From IMG/VR virus record IMGVR_UViG_3300045988_151853: a stretch of DNA of 27,146 nucleotides; one strand, 5' to 3'. The notes under the pieces are model-generated. The model saw only the letters and a program-made list of their open reading frames with translations. It did no database searches and had not been told where the DNA came from. How positions within the stretch are numbered: the first letter of the stretch is position 1; every line of letters begins with the position of its first letter. This stretch comes from a virus. Taxonomy: Duplodnaviria; Heunggongvirae; Uroviricota; Caudoviricetes. This document shows positions 9,089 to 18,784 of this stretch, piece by piece. The position numbers and the translations under genes are program-made.

Positions 9089-10568
9089 CACCATTCCGTC
9101 GAATACGCTGGTTCCGCTGTTTTATGCGGAAATGGATAACTCGGCGGCGAATACTGCACAGGACAGCGGAGCATCGCTGCTGATTGGTCATGCCAATAAC
9201 GGTGCAGAGATTGTTGCCAACAGTCTGGTGCTGATGCCGTCGGCAGACTATGCACGCCAGATTTGTGGTGCGGGAAGTCAGCTGGCGCGTATGGTCGAGG
9301 CTTATCGCCAGACCGACCCGTTTGGTGAGCTGTATGTGATTGCCGTTCCTGAATCCACGGGCGCGGCGGCAACGGTTACGCTGACGGTGACCGGGGCGGC
9401 AACCGAAACCGGCACGGTTAATGTTTATGTGGGACGTACCCGCGTACAGGCACCGGTGACCAACGGCGATAACGTTGCGACGATTGCCAGCAGTATCAAA
9501 GATGCCATCAATGCCGTTCCGGCCCTGCCGTTTACGGCTTCATCTTCGGCAGGCGTGGTCACACTGACCGCGCGTCATAAGGGGCTTTGCGGGAATGAAA
9601 TTCCTGTCAGCCTCAATTACTACGGGTTTGGTGGGGGCGAAGTGCTGCCAGCGGGCGTACAGATTGCCGTGGCGACGGGTACCGCCGGAACGGGCGCTCC
9701 GGTTCTCACCGGCGCGGTGGCTGCAATGGCGGATGAGCCGTTTGATTATATCGGCCTGCCGTTCAACGACACGGCCTCCGTTAACACGCTGGTGACCGAG
9801 ATGAACGATACCAGCGGTCGCTGGAGCTATGCGCGTCAGCTGTATGGTCATGTGTATACGGCAAAGATCGGCACGCTGTCAGAACTGGTGACCGCAGGTG
9901 ACCAGTTTAACCAGCAGCACATTACCCTGGCGGGATACGAAAAAGACACTCAGACGCCAGCCGACGAGCTGGCGGCAAGCCGTACCGCCCGCGCAGCGGT
10001 GTTTATTCGCAACGATCCGGCACGTCCCACGCAGACCGGTGAGCTGGTGGGTATGCTGCCTGCGCCGAAGGGGAAACGGTTCACGATGACCGAGCAACAG
10101 ACCCTGCTGTCTCATGGCGTGGCAACGGCGTATGTCGAAAGTGGGGTACTGCGCATTCAGCGTGATGTCACCACGTACAGGAAAAACGCTTACGGGGTTG
10201 CGGATAACAGCTACCTCGACAGTGAGACGCTGCATACCAGCGCGTATGTACTGCGCAAACTGAAATCCGTCATTACCAGTAAGTACGGGCGTCACAAGCT
10301 TGCCAGTGACGGTACCCGCTTTGGTCCCGGTCAGGCGATTGTCACCCCGGCGGTGATCAAAGGGGAACTGCTGGCAACCTACCGTCAGCTCGAGCGTGCG
10401 GGGATCGTGGAAAACTACGAACTGTTTAAGCAGTACCTGGTTGTGGAGCGTGATGCCAGCGATCCGAACCGCCTGAACACGCTGTTCCCGCCTGACTATG
10501 TTAACCAGTTGCGTGTCTTTGCCGTGGTTAACCAGTTCCGTCTTCAGTATTCAGAGGAGTCTGCATAA
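9072..10568 (+). CDS. Contractile tail sheath protein (Mu gpL-like)
   Basis: 498-aa ORF; size and sequence consistent with Mu-type sheath proteins; followed by the tube gene. Confidence 0.9.
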   Translation: MTISFNTIPSNTLVPLFYAEMDNSAANTAQDSGASLLIGHANNGAEIVANSLVLMPSADYARQICGAGSQLARMVEAYRQTDPFGELYVIAVPESTGAAATVTLTVTGAATETGTVNVYVGRTRVQAPVTNGDNVATIASSIKDAINAVPALPFTASSSAGVVTLTARHKGLCGNEIPVSLNYYGFGGGEVLPAGVQIAVATGTAGTGAPVLTGAVAAMADEPFDYIGLPFNDTASVNTLVTEMNDTSGRWSYARQLYGHVYTAKIGTLSELVTAGDQFNQQHITLAGYEKDTQTPADELAASRTARAAVFIRNDPARPTQTGELVGMLPAPKGKRFTMTEQQTLLSHGVATAYVESGVLRIQRDVTTYRKNAYGVADNSYLDSETLHTSAYVLRKLKSVITSKYGRHKLASDGTRFGPGQAIVTPAVIKGELLATYRQLERAGIVENYELFKQYLVVERDASDPNRLNTLFPPDYVNQLRVFAVVNQFRLQYSEESA

Positions 10569-10924
10569 TGGCCCGTATCGGGGGAACCTGTTATTTCAAA
10601 ATTGACGGTCAGCAGCTATCGCTGACCGGCGGCATTGAGGTGCCCATGAACAAAACGGTTAACGATGACATCATCGGCCTGGACGGTTCAGTGGACCGCA
10701 AGGAAACTCACCGTGCACCTTATGTCAAAGGGACCTTCAAGGTGCCGAAGAATTTTCCGGTGAGCAAAATCACCTCGTCTGATGAGATGACCATCACTGC
10801 CGAGCTGGCGAACGGTCAGGTCTATGTACTGTCGTCTGCCTGGCTGCACGGCGAAGCGAACCATAATGCCGAAGAAGGCACGGTCGATCTTGAGTTCCAC
10901 GGTGAAGAAGGGGATTACCAGTAA
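10568..10924 (+). CDS. Tail tube protein (Mu gpM-like)
   Basis: 118-aa ORF starting at the sheath stop (ATAATG overlap). Confidence 0.85.
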   Translation: MARIGGTCYFKIDGQQLSLTGGIEVPMNKTVNDDIIGLDGSVDRKETHRAPYVKGTFKVPKNFPVSKITSSDEMTITAELANGQVYVLSSAWLHGEANHNAEEGTVDLEFHGEEGDYQ

Positions 10925-11193
10925 TGAAAGAGCTTGAGTTAAAGAAACCGATTACCGCTCATGGCGAGACACTCTCCGTACTGGAGTTTGATGAGCCCAC
11001 CGGGAAAGATGTCCGCGAGCTGGGATATCCCTACCAGATGAATCAGGATGAGTCCGTCAGACTTCTGGCGCATGTGGTATCGAAATACATCGTGCGGCTG
11101 GCGAAAGTGCCGCAAAGCTCTGTCGACCAGATGTCTCCGGCAGACCTGAATGCAGCGGCGTGGCTTGTGGCCGGTTTTTTCCTCCAGGCCTGA
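10924..11193 (+). CDS. Tail assembly chaperone (short form)
   Basis: 89-aa ORF between the tube and tape measure genes; ends just after a slippery heptamer. Confidence 0.75.
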   Translation: MKELELKKPITAHGETLSVLEFDEPTGKDVRELGYPYQMNQDESVRLLAHVVSKYIVRLAKVPQSSVDQMSPADLNAAAWLVAGFFLQA

Positions 11194-11342
11194 CGGCTGA
11201 ATACCTCACTGATCGCTTCTTTGACTGCGCCAGTTACTGGCGCATTAATCCCTTCGAATTGCTGAATATGCCGATCAGTGAAATTCCCTTGCTGGTCAGT
11301 CAGGCAAACAGGATAGAGCAGGAGAAACGCACACATGGCTGA
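10924..11342 (+). CDS. Tail assembly chaperone, -1 frameshift-extended form (predicted)
   Basis: The frame of ORF 11160-11342 is the -1 frame relative to 10924-11193. The slippery site T_TTT_TTC at 11175-11181 lies 10 nt before the 0-frame stop, and the extended frame ends at the tape measure start. Confidence 0.6.
11175..11181 (+). other. Programmed -1 ribosomal frameshift slippery heptamer (T TTT TTC)
   Basis: 0-frame codons GGT TTT TTC CTC CAG GCC TGA; the -1 frame continues ...FPPGLTAEYL... to 11342. Confidence 0.6.
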
Positions 11343-13290
11343 ATTTGAGCTTAAGGCGTTGATCACCGGTGTCGACAGGCTTTCTCCCGCGCTGTCGAAA
11401 ATGCAAAAGAAAATCCGGGGATTTAAACGCCAGGCGGAAGAAGCGTCACAGGGTGGGCTGGCGCTTGGTGGCGGACTGGCAGCGGGTCTGACGCTTTCCC
11501 TGAAATCTTATGCCGATCAGGAAAACGCCGCCACCGGGCTGAAAGTCGCCATGATGGATGCGAACGGCGAGGTTGGAAAGAGCTTTCAGGACATCAATAA
11601 ACTGGCTATTGGCCTGGGTAACCAGCTACCCGGTACAACGGCTGATTTCCAGAACATGATGCAGATGCTGGTGCGTCAGGGGATCCCGGCAGAAAACATT
11701 CTTGGTGGTGTGGGTAAAGCGACAGCTTATCTTGCGGTACAACTGAAAAAAACACCGGAAGCGGCTGCTGAGTTTGCTGCAAAGATGCAGGATGCTACCG
11801 GAACGGCGTCAGAAGACATGATGGGGCTGTTCGACACTATCCAGAAGGCGTTTTATCTGGGCGTTGACGATACCAACATGTTGTCCTTCTTCACTAAAAC
11901 CAGTTCTGTTCTGAAGATGGTGAACAAGGACGGTCTTCAGGCTGCACAGAGCCTTGCCCCCATCAGCGTCATGATGGATCAGATGGGGATGAACGGGGAG
12001 TCGGCAGGTAATGCCCTGCGAAAAGTTATCCAGTCCGGATTAAGCGTTAAGAAAATCAGGGACGTCAATAAAGTCATGGCCCGCCAGAGACTCGGGGTAC
12101 AGCTCGATTTTACTGACGGCAAAGGAAGTTTTGGCGGTCTTGATAACATGTTCAGGCAACTGGCAAAGCTGCGAAAACTGACCGACGTTAAGCGAACAGG
12201 TGTACTTAAGGCAATATTTGGTGATGATGCCGAAACCCTTCAGGTGGTCAATGCACTAATCGATAAAGGAAAGGATGGCTACGATCAGATCCAGCAGAAG
12301 ATGAATAAACAGGCCAGCCTGAATAAACGTGTTCAGGCACAGCTTGGTACGCTGTCCAACCTGTGGGAGGCAATGACGGGGACCGCAACTAACGGCCTTG
12401 CGGCTATTGGCGGCGCATTTTCTGGTGACGCCAAAAATATCACGCAATGGCTGGGGGAGTTGGGGGAAAAATTCACGAAGTTTGCGGATGAAAATCCCCG
12501 GGTTATTCGCGGCGTCGTCGGGCTTGCTGCCGGTCTTGCGATTCTGAAACTGGGATTGATGGGCGTGGGCAGTGCCATCAGTATCGTCAGCAGGATCATG
12601 TCGATGACGCCGATTGGCATGATTGCGACGGCGATTGCCTTGGCTGCGGGATTAATTATCACTAACTGGGATGTTGTTGGACCTTATTTCAAGAAGCTCT
12701 GGGAAACCATTGGTCCTTATTTTGAGGCTGGCTGGGAACTTCTGAAGAAGGTTTTTGCCTGGTCGCCGCTGGGGATGGTAATCAATAACTGGGGACCGGT
12801 TGTTAAGTGGTTTCAGGATATGTGGGACAAGCTGAAGCCAATTATTGAGTGGTTTACCGACAGTTCCGGTGACACGGTCGATGCCATTAACTCGGCGCAG
12901 TGGGGCGCGGGTGCTTATGATGCTTATGGGACGGGAATACCGCCACGGGGATACACTCCTTATCCGGCGCAGTCAAACAACGCCTCCGGTGACACGGTCG
13001 ATGCCATTAACTCTGCGCAGTGGGGCGCGGGTGCTTATGATGCTTATGGGACGGGAATACCGGCGCGGGGATACACACCTTATCCGGCGGTAGATCCGGC
13101 TCAGTCAAACAACGCCTCCGATGCTACAGGCCCGAATCCCTTCATGATTAACAAAGCTTCTGCGCCAAAAGTTGACGGTGAGATCAAGGTCTCTTTTGTG
13201 AATTCGCCTCCGGGTATGCGGGTTATGGAAACGCGATCCAGCGGTTTTGATATAAATCACGATGTTGGCTATACGCATATTGGCAGATGA
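11335..13290 (+). CDS. Tail tape measure protein
   Basis: 651-aa ORF after the chaperone pair, with a coiled/helical N-terminal half, a hydrophobic segment, and a C-terminal tandem repeat. Confidence 0.9.
   Translation: MAEFELKALITGVDRLSPALSKMQKKIRGFKRQAEEASQGGLALGGGLAAGLTLSLKSYADQENAATGLKVAMMDANGEVGKSFQDINKLAIGLGNQLPGTTADFQNMMQMLVRQGIPAENILGGVGKATAYLAVQLKKTPEAAAEFAAKMQDATGTASEDMMGLFDTIQKAFYLGVDDTNMLSFFTKTSSVLKMVNKDGLQAAQSLAPISVMMDQMGMNGESAGNALRKVIQSGLSVKKIRDVNKVMARQRLGVQLDFTDGKGSFGGLDNMFRQLAKLRKLTDVKRTGVLKAIFGDDAETLQVVNALIDKGKDGYDQIQQKMNKQASLNKRVQAQLGTLSNLWEAMTGTATNGLAAIGGAFSGDAKNITQWLGELGEKFTKFADENPRVIRGVVGLAAGLAILKLGLMGVGSAISIVSRIMSMTPIGMIATAIALAAGLIITNWDVVGPYFKKLWETIGPYFEAGWELLKKVFAWSPLGMVINNWGPVVKWFQDMWDKLKPIIEWFTDSSGDTVDAINSAQWGAGAYDAYGTGIPPRGYTPYPAQSNNASGDTVDAINSAQWGAGAYDAYGTGIPARGYTPYPAVDPAQSNNASDATGPNPFMINKASAPKVDGEIKVSFVNSPPGMRVMETRSSGFDINHDVGYTHIGR
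12865..13113 (+). repeat. In-frame tandem duplication (about 120 bp, 2 copies) inside tape measure gene
   Basis: TCCGGTGACACGGTCGATGCCATTAAC... recurs at 12865 and 12985 with 4 mismatches over 120 bp. The second copy carries a short insertion (GGTAGATCCGGCT for GCG) before CAGTCAAACAACGCC. Both encode SGDTVDAINSAQWGAGAYDAYGTGIP(P/A)RGYTPYPA. Confidence 0.9.
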
Positions 13291-13306
13291 CGGAACCAGA
13301 TATAAT
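13280..13306 (+). promoter_or_regulatory. Putative sigma70 promoter for the moron gene
   Basis: TTGGCA (13280-13285), 15-nt spacer, perfect TATAAT (13301-13306), located right after the tape measure stop. The spacer is short, so confidence is low. Confidence 0.35.
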
Positions 13307-13342
13307 TTGTCTTTAAGTTTGTTATCAACTGAAGGGAAATCT

Positions 13343-13720
13343 ATGGGTCTGTTACATGCCATTATAGGTAATGCCGGTGAAATTAATGCATCAGATGCAC
13401 AACAGGAATTAGGGGCTGTTTTAGGTGAGGGAGAAAATGTCGAACTTGCCTATAAACTCATTCGTGACCAAATTATTCTGACTAACAGAAGGTTAATTTT
13501 TATTGATAAGCAGGGTGTCACAGGGAAAAAAGTAGAGTATCGTTCGATTCCTTATAAATCTGTGACAAACTTTTCTATTGAAACCGCCGGGCATCTTGAT
13601 CTTGATGCTGAAATGAAGATATGGATTTCTGGTATTGCAGAACCGATAAAAAAACAGTTCAGTAAAGGAGCAAACATTTATAAATTGCAGGCTCATCTGG
13701 CTCAAAAAATAGCAGGGTAA
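13343..13720 (+). CDS. Bacterial PH-domain-like protein (bPH/DUF1696-like), moron
   Basis: 125-aa product MGLLHAIIGNAGEINASDAQ...LGEGENVELAYKLIRDQIILTNRRLIFIDKQG...VEYRSIPYKSVTNFSIETAG... with AAGGGA RBS; visibly AT-rich relative to the flanking tail genes; followed by a strong terminator. Confidence 0.55.
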   Translation: MGLLHAIIGNAGEINASDAQQELGAVLGEGENVELAYKLIRDQIILTNRRLIFIDKQGVTGKKVEYRSIPYKSVTNFSIETAGHLDLDAEMKIWISGIAEPIKKQFSKGANIYKLQAHLAQKIAG

Positions 13721-13746
13721 ACCTTACATTAATTTATGTCTTTCAT

Positions 13747-13768
13747 GCCCACTTCGGTGGGCTTTTTT
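13747..13768 (+). terminator. Rho-independent terminator (GCCCAC-TTCG-GTGGGC + T6)
   Basis: Perfect 6-bp GC-rich stem with a UUCG tetraloop (13747-13762) followed by TTTTTT (13763-13768), 27 nt after the moron stop. Confidence 0.8.
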
Positions 13769-13783
13769 ATATCCGGAGTTTAT

Positions 13784-15112
13784 ATGACGTGGAAAGACAG
13801 GCTTCAGGACGCGTCATTTCGCGGTGTGCCGTTTAAGGTTGAAGAAGAAAGTGCGGGAACAGGTCGCCGTGTGGAAACACACGAATATCCGAACCGCGAC
13901 AAACCCTATACCGAAGATCTGGGAAAAGTCACTTTCCGCCCGTCCATCACGGCTTATGTGGTGGGCGATGACTGCTTTGACCAGCGCGATCGCCTGATTG
14001 ACGCGCTGAATAAACCCGGTCCCGGCACGCTTGTCCACCCGACTTACGGTGAGCTGAAAGTCTGTGTTGACGGAGAGGTTCGGGTCAGCACATCGAAAAG
14101 TGAAGGGCGTATTGTCCGCTTTGACCTGAAGTTTGTCGAAGCGGGAGAACTCTCTTACCCCACATCAGGTGCGGCGACGGCGCAGACGCTGATGTCATCC
14201 TGTTCTGCACTGGATGACTGCATCAGTGACAGCTTCAGCGGTTTCAGTATCGATGGTGTGGCGGATTTCGTGCAGAACGACGTTATCGGTAATGCCAGCA
14301 TAATGCTGGGGTATGTTTCTGATGCGATGAAAGTGGTGGATTCTGCCGTATCGGATGCCGCCAGGCTGTTGCAGGGGGATATCTCGGTACTTCTGCCGCC
14401 GCCATCGTCAGGCAAAAATTTCGTTGAGCAGGTGCAGAAAATGTGGCGTACCGGGAAACGCCTTTATGGTAACGCCAGCGACCTGGTCACCATGATCAAA
14501 ACGCTTTCCGGTGTCAGCCTCGGCAGCGATCTGCAACCGCGCGGCGTCTGGAAAACGGACAGTAAAACCACCGCCACGGCGACGCAGCAGCGTAACGTGG
14601 TTGCCAGCACCCTTCGTGCGACCGCAATCAGCGAAGCGGTGTATGCCGTCACCCGATTGCCTGCGCCAACAACTTCCGCGGTGATGCAGAATGCCGCAGT
14701 GGGGCAGTCAACAACTTCCGCGCAGAGCACCGGCTGGCCTTCCGTCACGCATCCGGCACTGAACAATGCACCGGCGGTGAAAAACACGGTTGACCTGCCA
14801 ACGTGGGAAGAACTGACTGACATTCGCGACACACTGAATACGGCAATTGATAAGGAGTTGTCCCGTACAACCAGTGATGCGCTGTTTCTGGCGCTGCGCC
14901 GGGTGAAAGCAGATCTGAATGCGGATATCAACACGCGCCTTGAACAGTCTGCACGGATCATTCAGCGCACACCGGATGAGGTTTTACCCGCGCTGGTGCT
15001 GGCGGCGACCTGGTTTGATAACGCGGCGCGTGACGCGGACATTATCCGGCGTAATGCCATTACGCATCCCGGCTTTGTGCCGGTGATCCCTCTGAAGGTG
15101 CCAGTGCAATGA
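13784..15112 (+). CDS. Mu gpN-like DNA circularisation protein (tail component)
   Basis: Starts MTWKDRLQDASFRGVPFKVEEES..., characteristic of the DNA-circulation N-terminal domain. ATG 13784 (GGAG upstream) is chosen because the upstream in-frame ATG at 13736 would read through the terminator hairpin. Confidence 0.8.
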   Translation: MTWKDRLQDASFRGVPFKVEEESAGTGRRVETHEYPNRDKPYTEDLGKVTFRPSITAYVVGDDCFDQRDRLIDALNKPGPGTLVHPTYGELKVCVDGEVRVSTSKSEGRIVRFDLKFVEAGELSYPTSGAATAQTLMSSCSALDDCISDSFSGFSIDGVADFVQNDVIGNASIMLGYVSDAMKVVDSAVSDAARLLQGDISVLLPPPSSGKNFVEQVQKMWRTGKRLYGNASDLVTMIKTLSGVSLGSDLQPRGVWKTDSKTTATATQQRNVVASTLRATAISEAVYAVTRLPAPTTSAVMQNAAVGQSTTSAQSTGWPSVTHPALNNAPAVKNTVDLPTWEELTDIRDTLNTAIDKELSRTTSDALFLALRRVKADLNADINTRLEQSARIIQRTPDEVLPALVLAATWFDNAARDADIIRRNAITHPGFVPVIPLKVPVQ

Positions 15113-16188
15113 ACGACAATGTCACGCTACGGGTAAATGGCCGGGAGTGGAATGGCTGGACATCGGTGCGCATCGGTGCCGGTATTGAACGGCTGGCGCG
15201 GGATTTCAGTGTGGAGATCACTCGCCAGTGGCCGGGAGATGAGGGTATCACCACGCTTCAGCCGCGCATTAAAAACGGTTCAAAAGTGGAAGTGCTGATT
15301 GGTGATGAGCTGGTGATCACCGGCTGGGTGGAGGCGACTCCCGTTCGTTACGATGCCCGTTCGGTCAGCACCGGTATTGCCGGACGTAGTCTGACGGCTG
15401 ACCTGATTGACTGTGCAGCCGAACCGACACAGTTTAACGGACGCTCGCTGGTGCAGATTGCGCAGGCGCTTGCTGCGCCTTTCGGCATTGAGGTGGTGAA
15501 CAGCGGTGCGCCGTCGGGTGTTATTCCTGATGTTCAGCCTGATCACGGTGAAACGGTGATTGAGGTAATCAACAAAATACTCGGTCAGCAGCAGGCACTG
15601 GCTTACGACGACCCGCACGGCAGGCTGGTGATTGGCGGTATTGGCTCAACGCGGGCACATACTGCGCTGGTACTCGGGGAAAACATCCTTTCCTGCGATA
15701 CGGAGAAGAGTATCCGGGAGCGATTTTCTGTTTACCAGGTGGCGGGGCAGCGTGCCGGGAACGACGATGATTTCGGTGAGGCCACCACCACCGCGCTGCG
15801 GGCCCGCACAGAGGACGCATTTATTGCCCGTCACCGTCCGATGTATATCAGGCAGACAGGGCAGGCCACGGGGGCAGGCTGTATTGCGCGTGCTGACTTT
15901 GAAGCCCGACAACGGGCGGCGCGGACGGATGAAACCACCTATTTGGTGCAGGGCTGGCGACAGGGTAACGGTACGCTGTGGCAGCCCAACCAGCGGGTGA
16001 TTGTCTTCGATCCGGTCTGTGGTTTCGACAATACCGAACTGCTTGTCTCGGAAGTCACGTTCACTCAGGACCAGAACGGCACCATGACGGAAATCCGTGT
16101 CGGCCCACCTGATGCTTATCTGCCTGAACCCGAAGCCCCCGGCGAGCGGAAAAAGAAAAAAGCCAGAGTACAGGAGGACCCGTTCTGA
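15109..16188 (+). CDS. Mu gpP-like tail protein (P2 gpD-like)
   Basis: 359-aa ORF translationally coupled to the N-like gene; typical Mu P-family position. Confidence 0.8.
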   Translation: MNDNVTLRVNGREWNGWTSVRIGAGIERLARDFSVEITRQWPGDEGITTLQPRIKNGSKVEVLIGDELVITGWVEATPVRYDARSVSTGIAGRSLTADLIDCAAEPTQFNGRSLVQIAQALAAPFGIEVVNSGAPSGVIPDVQPDHGETVIEVINKILGQQQALAYDDPHGRLVIGGIGSTRAHTALVLGENILSCDTEKSIRERFSVYQVAGQRAGNDDDFGEATTTALRARTEDAFIARHRPMYIRQTGQATGAGCIARADFEARQRAARTDETTYLVQGWRQGNGTLWQPNQRVIVFDPVCGFDNTELLVSEVTFTQDQNGTMTEIRVGPPDAYLPEPEAPGERKKKKARVQEDPF

Positions 16189-16736
16189 TGAGGACGATTG
16201 AAGCCATGCAGCGACAACTCCTCGGCCTGATTGGGCGGGCAGTGGTGAAAAGCATCAGTGCCGCCACGAAATGTCAGACCGTGGATGTGTCCCTGATTGC
16301 CGGTGAACCCAAAGCCGGGGTTGAACATCTTGAACCCTACGGTTTTACCGCAAGGGCAAACAGCGGTGCGGAAGCGGTGGTGTTGTTTCCGGATGGCGAC
16401 CGTTCTCATGCGGTGGTTGTTACGGTGTCGGACCGGCGCTACCGCCTGAAAGGGCTGCAGACGGGTGAGGTGGCTGTCTATGACGATCAGGGGCAGTCCG
16501 TGACGCTGGCCCGGGAGGGGATCGTGGTGGACGGTGCAGGTAAAACGATCACGTTTCGCAATGCGCCTAAGGCACGTTTTGAAATGGACCTGGAAGTGAC
16601 AGGACAGGTGAAAGACCTGTGCGACTCTACCGGCACCACCATGTCAGCGATGCGGCTTGCCTATAACGGGCATCGTCACAGAGAGAACGGTCAGGGCAGT
16701 AACACCGACAAACCTGATAAAGCGATGGAGGCATGA
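16188..16736 (+). CDS. Baseplate assembly protein V / Mu gp45-like spike
   Basis: 182-aa ORF, overlapping start/stop with neighbours; position and sequence consistent with gpV/gp45. Confidence 0.75.
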   Translation: MRTIEAMQRQLLGLIGRAVVKSISAATKCQTVDVSLIAGEPKAGVEHLEPYGFTARANSGAEAVVLFPDGDRSHAVVVTVSDRRYRLKGLQTGEVAVYDDQGQSVTLAREGIVVDGAGKTITFRNAPKARFEMDLEVTGQVKDLCDSTGTTMSAMRLAYNGHRHRENGQGSNTDKPDKAMEA

Positions 16737-17161
16737 TGGAACTGTGGCTGACGGTGAACGGTAAACGCACCTGCGCCAGCGCACCGCTGGATCCGCTGAC
16801 CCGCGCCGTGGTGATTTCCCTGTTTACCTGGCGGCGGGCGGAGCCTGATGACAACGCCGACGTCCCGATGGGATGGTGGGGGGATACCTGGCCTGCGGTA
16901 CAGAATGATCGTTACGGCTCCCGACTGTGGCTGCTTCAGCGCAGCAAACTGACCAATCAGCTGGTGCAGACGGTAAGGGGGTATATCCGCGAATGCCTGC
17001 AATGGATGATTGATGATGGCGTGGTGTCCCGTATTGATCTGGATATCCGCCGCACCGGGATTAATGAACTGGGTAACAGTATCACTCTCTGGCGTCGTGA
17101 CGGACCGGTAATGATTTCTTTTGATGATCTGTGGAGTGCGATAACGCATGGCGGACAGTGA
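16733..17161 (+). CDS. Mu gp46-like baseplate protein (gpW-like)
   Basis: 142-aa ORF in the conserved Mu baseplate order. Confidence 0.75.
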   Translation: MMELWLTVNGKRTCASAPLDPLTRAVVISLFTWRRAEPDDNADVPMGWWGDTWPAVQNDRYGSRLWLLQRSKLTNQLVQTVRGYIRECLQWMIDDGVVSRIDLDIRRTGINELGNSITLWRRDGPVMISFDDLWSAITHGGQ

Positions 17162-18206
17162 ATTTCAGCGCCCGACGCTGGCAGAAAATATCAGTATGCT
17201 CCGTAACGATTTATTCGCCAGGCTGGACGTCAGCGACACGCTCCGGCGCATGGATGAAGACGTGCGGGCAAAGGTGTATGCGGCGGCGCTGCATACGGTT
17301 TACGGGTACATCGATTATCTGGCAATGAATATGCTGCCTGACCTGTGCGATGAGTCCTGGCTGGCGCGACATGCTGCGATGAAACGGTGTCCGCGCAAGG
17401 GGGCCACGGCTGCCAGCGGGTATATGCGCTGGGAAGGTGTCAGCGATGGCCTGAAGGTGACCGCCGGGAGTGTTATTCAGCGCGATGACCTGGTTCAGTA
17501 CACGGCAACTGCCGATGCAACCAGCTCCGGTGGTGTCCTGCGCGTGCCGATCGCCTGCTCAAGTGCAGGCGCGGTCGGTAACGCTGACGACGGTACGGCA
17601 TTAATCCTGGTCACGCCGGTTAATGGTCTGCCGTCTTCCGGCGTGGCAGATACCCTGACAGGCGGATTTGATACTGAAGAGCTGGAAACGTGGCGCGCCC
17701 GCGTCATTGAGCGGTATTACTGGACGCCTCAGGGCGGGGCTGACGGGGACTATGTCGTCTGGGCTAAAGAAGTGCCCGGCATTACCCGCGCATGGACATA
17801 CCGACACTGGATGGGAACGGGGACTGTCGGTGTGATGATTGCCAGCAGTGACCTGATTAATCCCATTCCGGAAGAGTCAACGGAAACGGCGGCAAGACAA
17901 CATATCGAGCCACTGGCCCCGGTGGCAGGCTCTGATTTGTATGTATTCAGGCCGGTGGCGCATAAAGTGGATTTTCATATCCGCGTGACGCCGGACACAC
18001 CGGAAATACGGGCTGCCATCACCGCGGAGTTGCGTTCGTTCCTGCTGCGTGATGGTTATCCGCAGGGAGAACTGAAGGTATCGCGTATCAGTGAGGCGAT
18101 TTCCGGTGCGAACGGGGAATACAGCCATCAGTTGCTTGCACCGGCAGACAATATCTCCATTGCAAAAAATGAACTGGCGGTACTGGGGACGATTTCATGG
18201 ACGTGA
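17148..18206 (+). CDS. Baseplate J-like protein (Mu gp47-like)
   Basis: 352-aa ORF; conserved position in the baseplate order. Confidence 0.8.
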   Translation: MADSEFQRPTLAENISMLRNDLFARLDVSDTLRRMDEDVRAKVYAAALHTVYGYIDYLAMNMLPDLCDESWLARHAAMKRCPRKGATAASGYMRWEGVSDGLKVTAGSVIQRDDLVQYTATADATSSGGVLRVPIACSSAGAVGNADDGTALILVTPVNGLPSSGVADTLTGGFDTEELETWRARVIERYYWTPQGGADGDYVVWAKEVPGITRAWTYRHWMGTGTVGVMIASSDLINPIPEESTETAARQHIEPLAPVAGSDLYVFRPVAHKVDFHIRVTPDTPEIRAAITAELRSFLLRDGYPQGELKVSRISEAISGANGEYSHQLLAPADNISIAKNELAVLGTISWT

Positions 18207-18781
18207 CAAACGATGATTACATCCGTCTGTTGTCGGCACTGTTGCCCCCCGGTCCGGCGTGGTCAGCCAGCGATCCGTCGATTGCCGGTGCGGCACCGTC
18301 ATTAACCCGCGTTCATCAGCGTGCGGATGCCCTGATGCGGGAGCTGGATCCGCGCACCACCACTGAACTGATAAACCGCTGGGAGCGTCTGTGCGGTCTG
18401 CCGGATGAATGTATTCCCGCAGGGACGCAGACCCTTCGCCAGCGTCAGCAACGGCTGGATGCGAAGGTTAACCTGGCGGGTGGCATCAATGAGGATTTTT
18501 ACCTTGCGCAGCTTGCTGCCCTGGGCAGACCAGACGCTACCATCACGCGATACGACAAAAGCACGTTCACCTGCTCATCGGCCTGTACTGACGCGGTGAA
18601 TGCGCCGGAATGGCGGTATTACTGGCAGGTCAATATGCCAGCTGCCACCAACACCACCTGGATGACATGTGGCGATCCCTGTGATTCCGCACTGCGTATC
18701 TGGGGGGACACCGTTGTCGAGTGCGTGCTTAACAAACTCTGCCCGTCGCATACCTACGTAATTTTTAAATATCCGGAGTAA
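18197..18781 (+). CDS. Mu gp48-like tail protein (DUF2313, YmfQ-like)
   Basis: 194-aa ORF directly upstream of the tail fibre gene, as in e14 (ymfQ-stfP). Confidence 0.75.
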   Translation: MDVTNDDYIRLLSALLPPGPAWSASDPSIAGAAPSLTRVHQRADALMRELDPRTTTELINRWERLCGLPDECIPAGTQTLRQRQQRLDAKVNLAGGINEDFYLAQLAALGRPDATITRYDKSTFTCSSACTDAVNAPEWRYYWQVNMPAATNTTWMTCGDPCDSALRIWGDTVVECVLNKLCPSHTYVIFKYPE

Positions 18782-18784
18782 TCC

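Noticed and set aside
12845-13093. 82-aa plus-strand ORF with an internally repeated peptide
   Set aside because: Off-frame reading of the tape measure tandem duplication; the internal repeat is a by-product of the DNA repeat, and the ORF lies wholly within the tape measure gene.
12865-13113. Possible CRISPR-like repeat
   Set aside because: Only two long (about 120-bp) adjacent copies with no spacers, in-frame within a coding sequence; this is a tandem duplication, not a CRISPR array.
13736-13783. Upstream in-frame ATG (13736) as start of the N-like gene
   Set aside because: It would place the moron terminator hairpin (13747-13768) inside the coding sequence; ATG 13784 has a GGAG RBS and starts at the conserved MTWKDRLQ N-terminus.
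14464-14961. 165-aa minus-strand ORF
   Set aside because: Antisense to the Mu N-like gene; Ser/Arg/Ala-rich with no RBS; no support from gene context.
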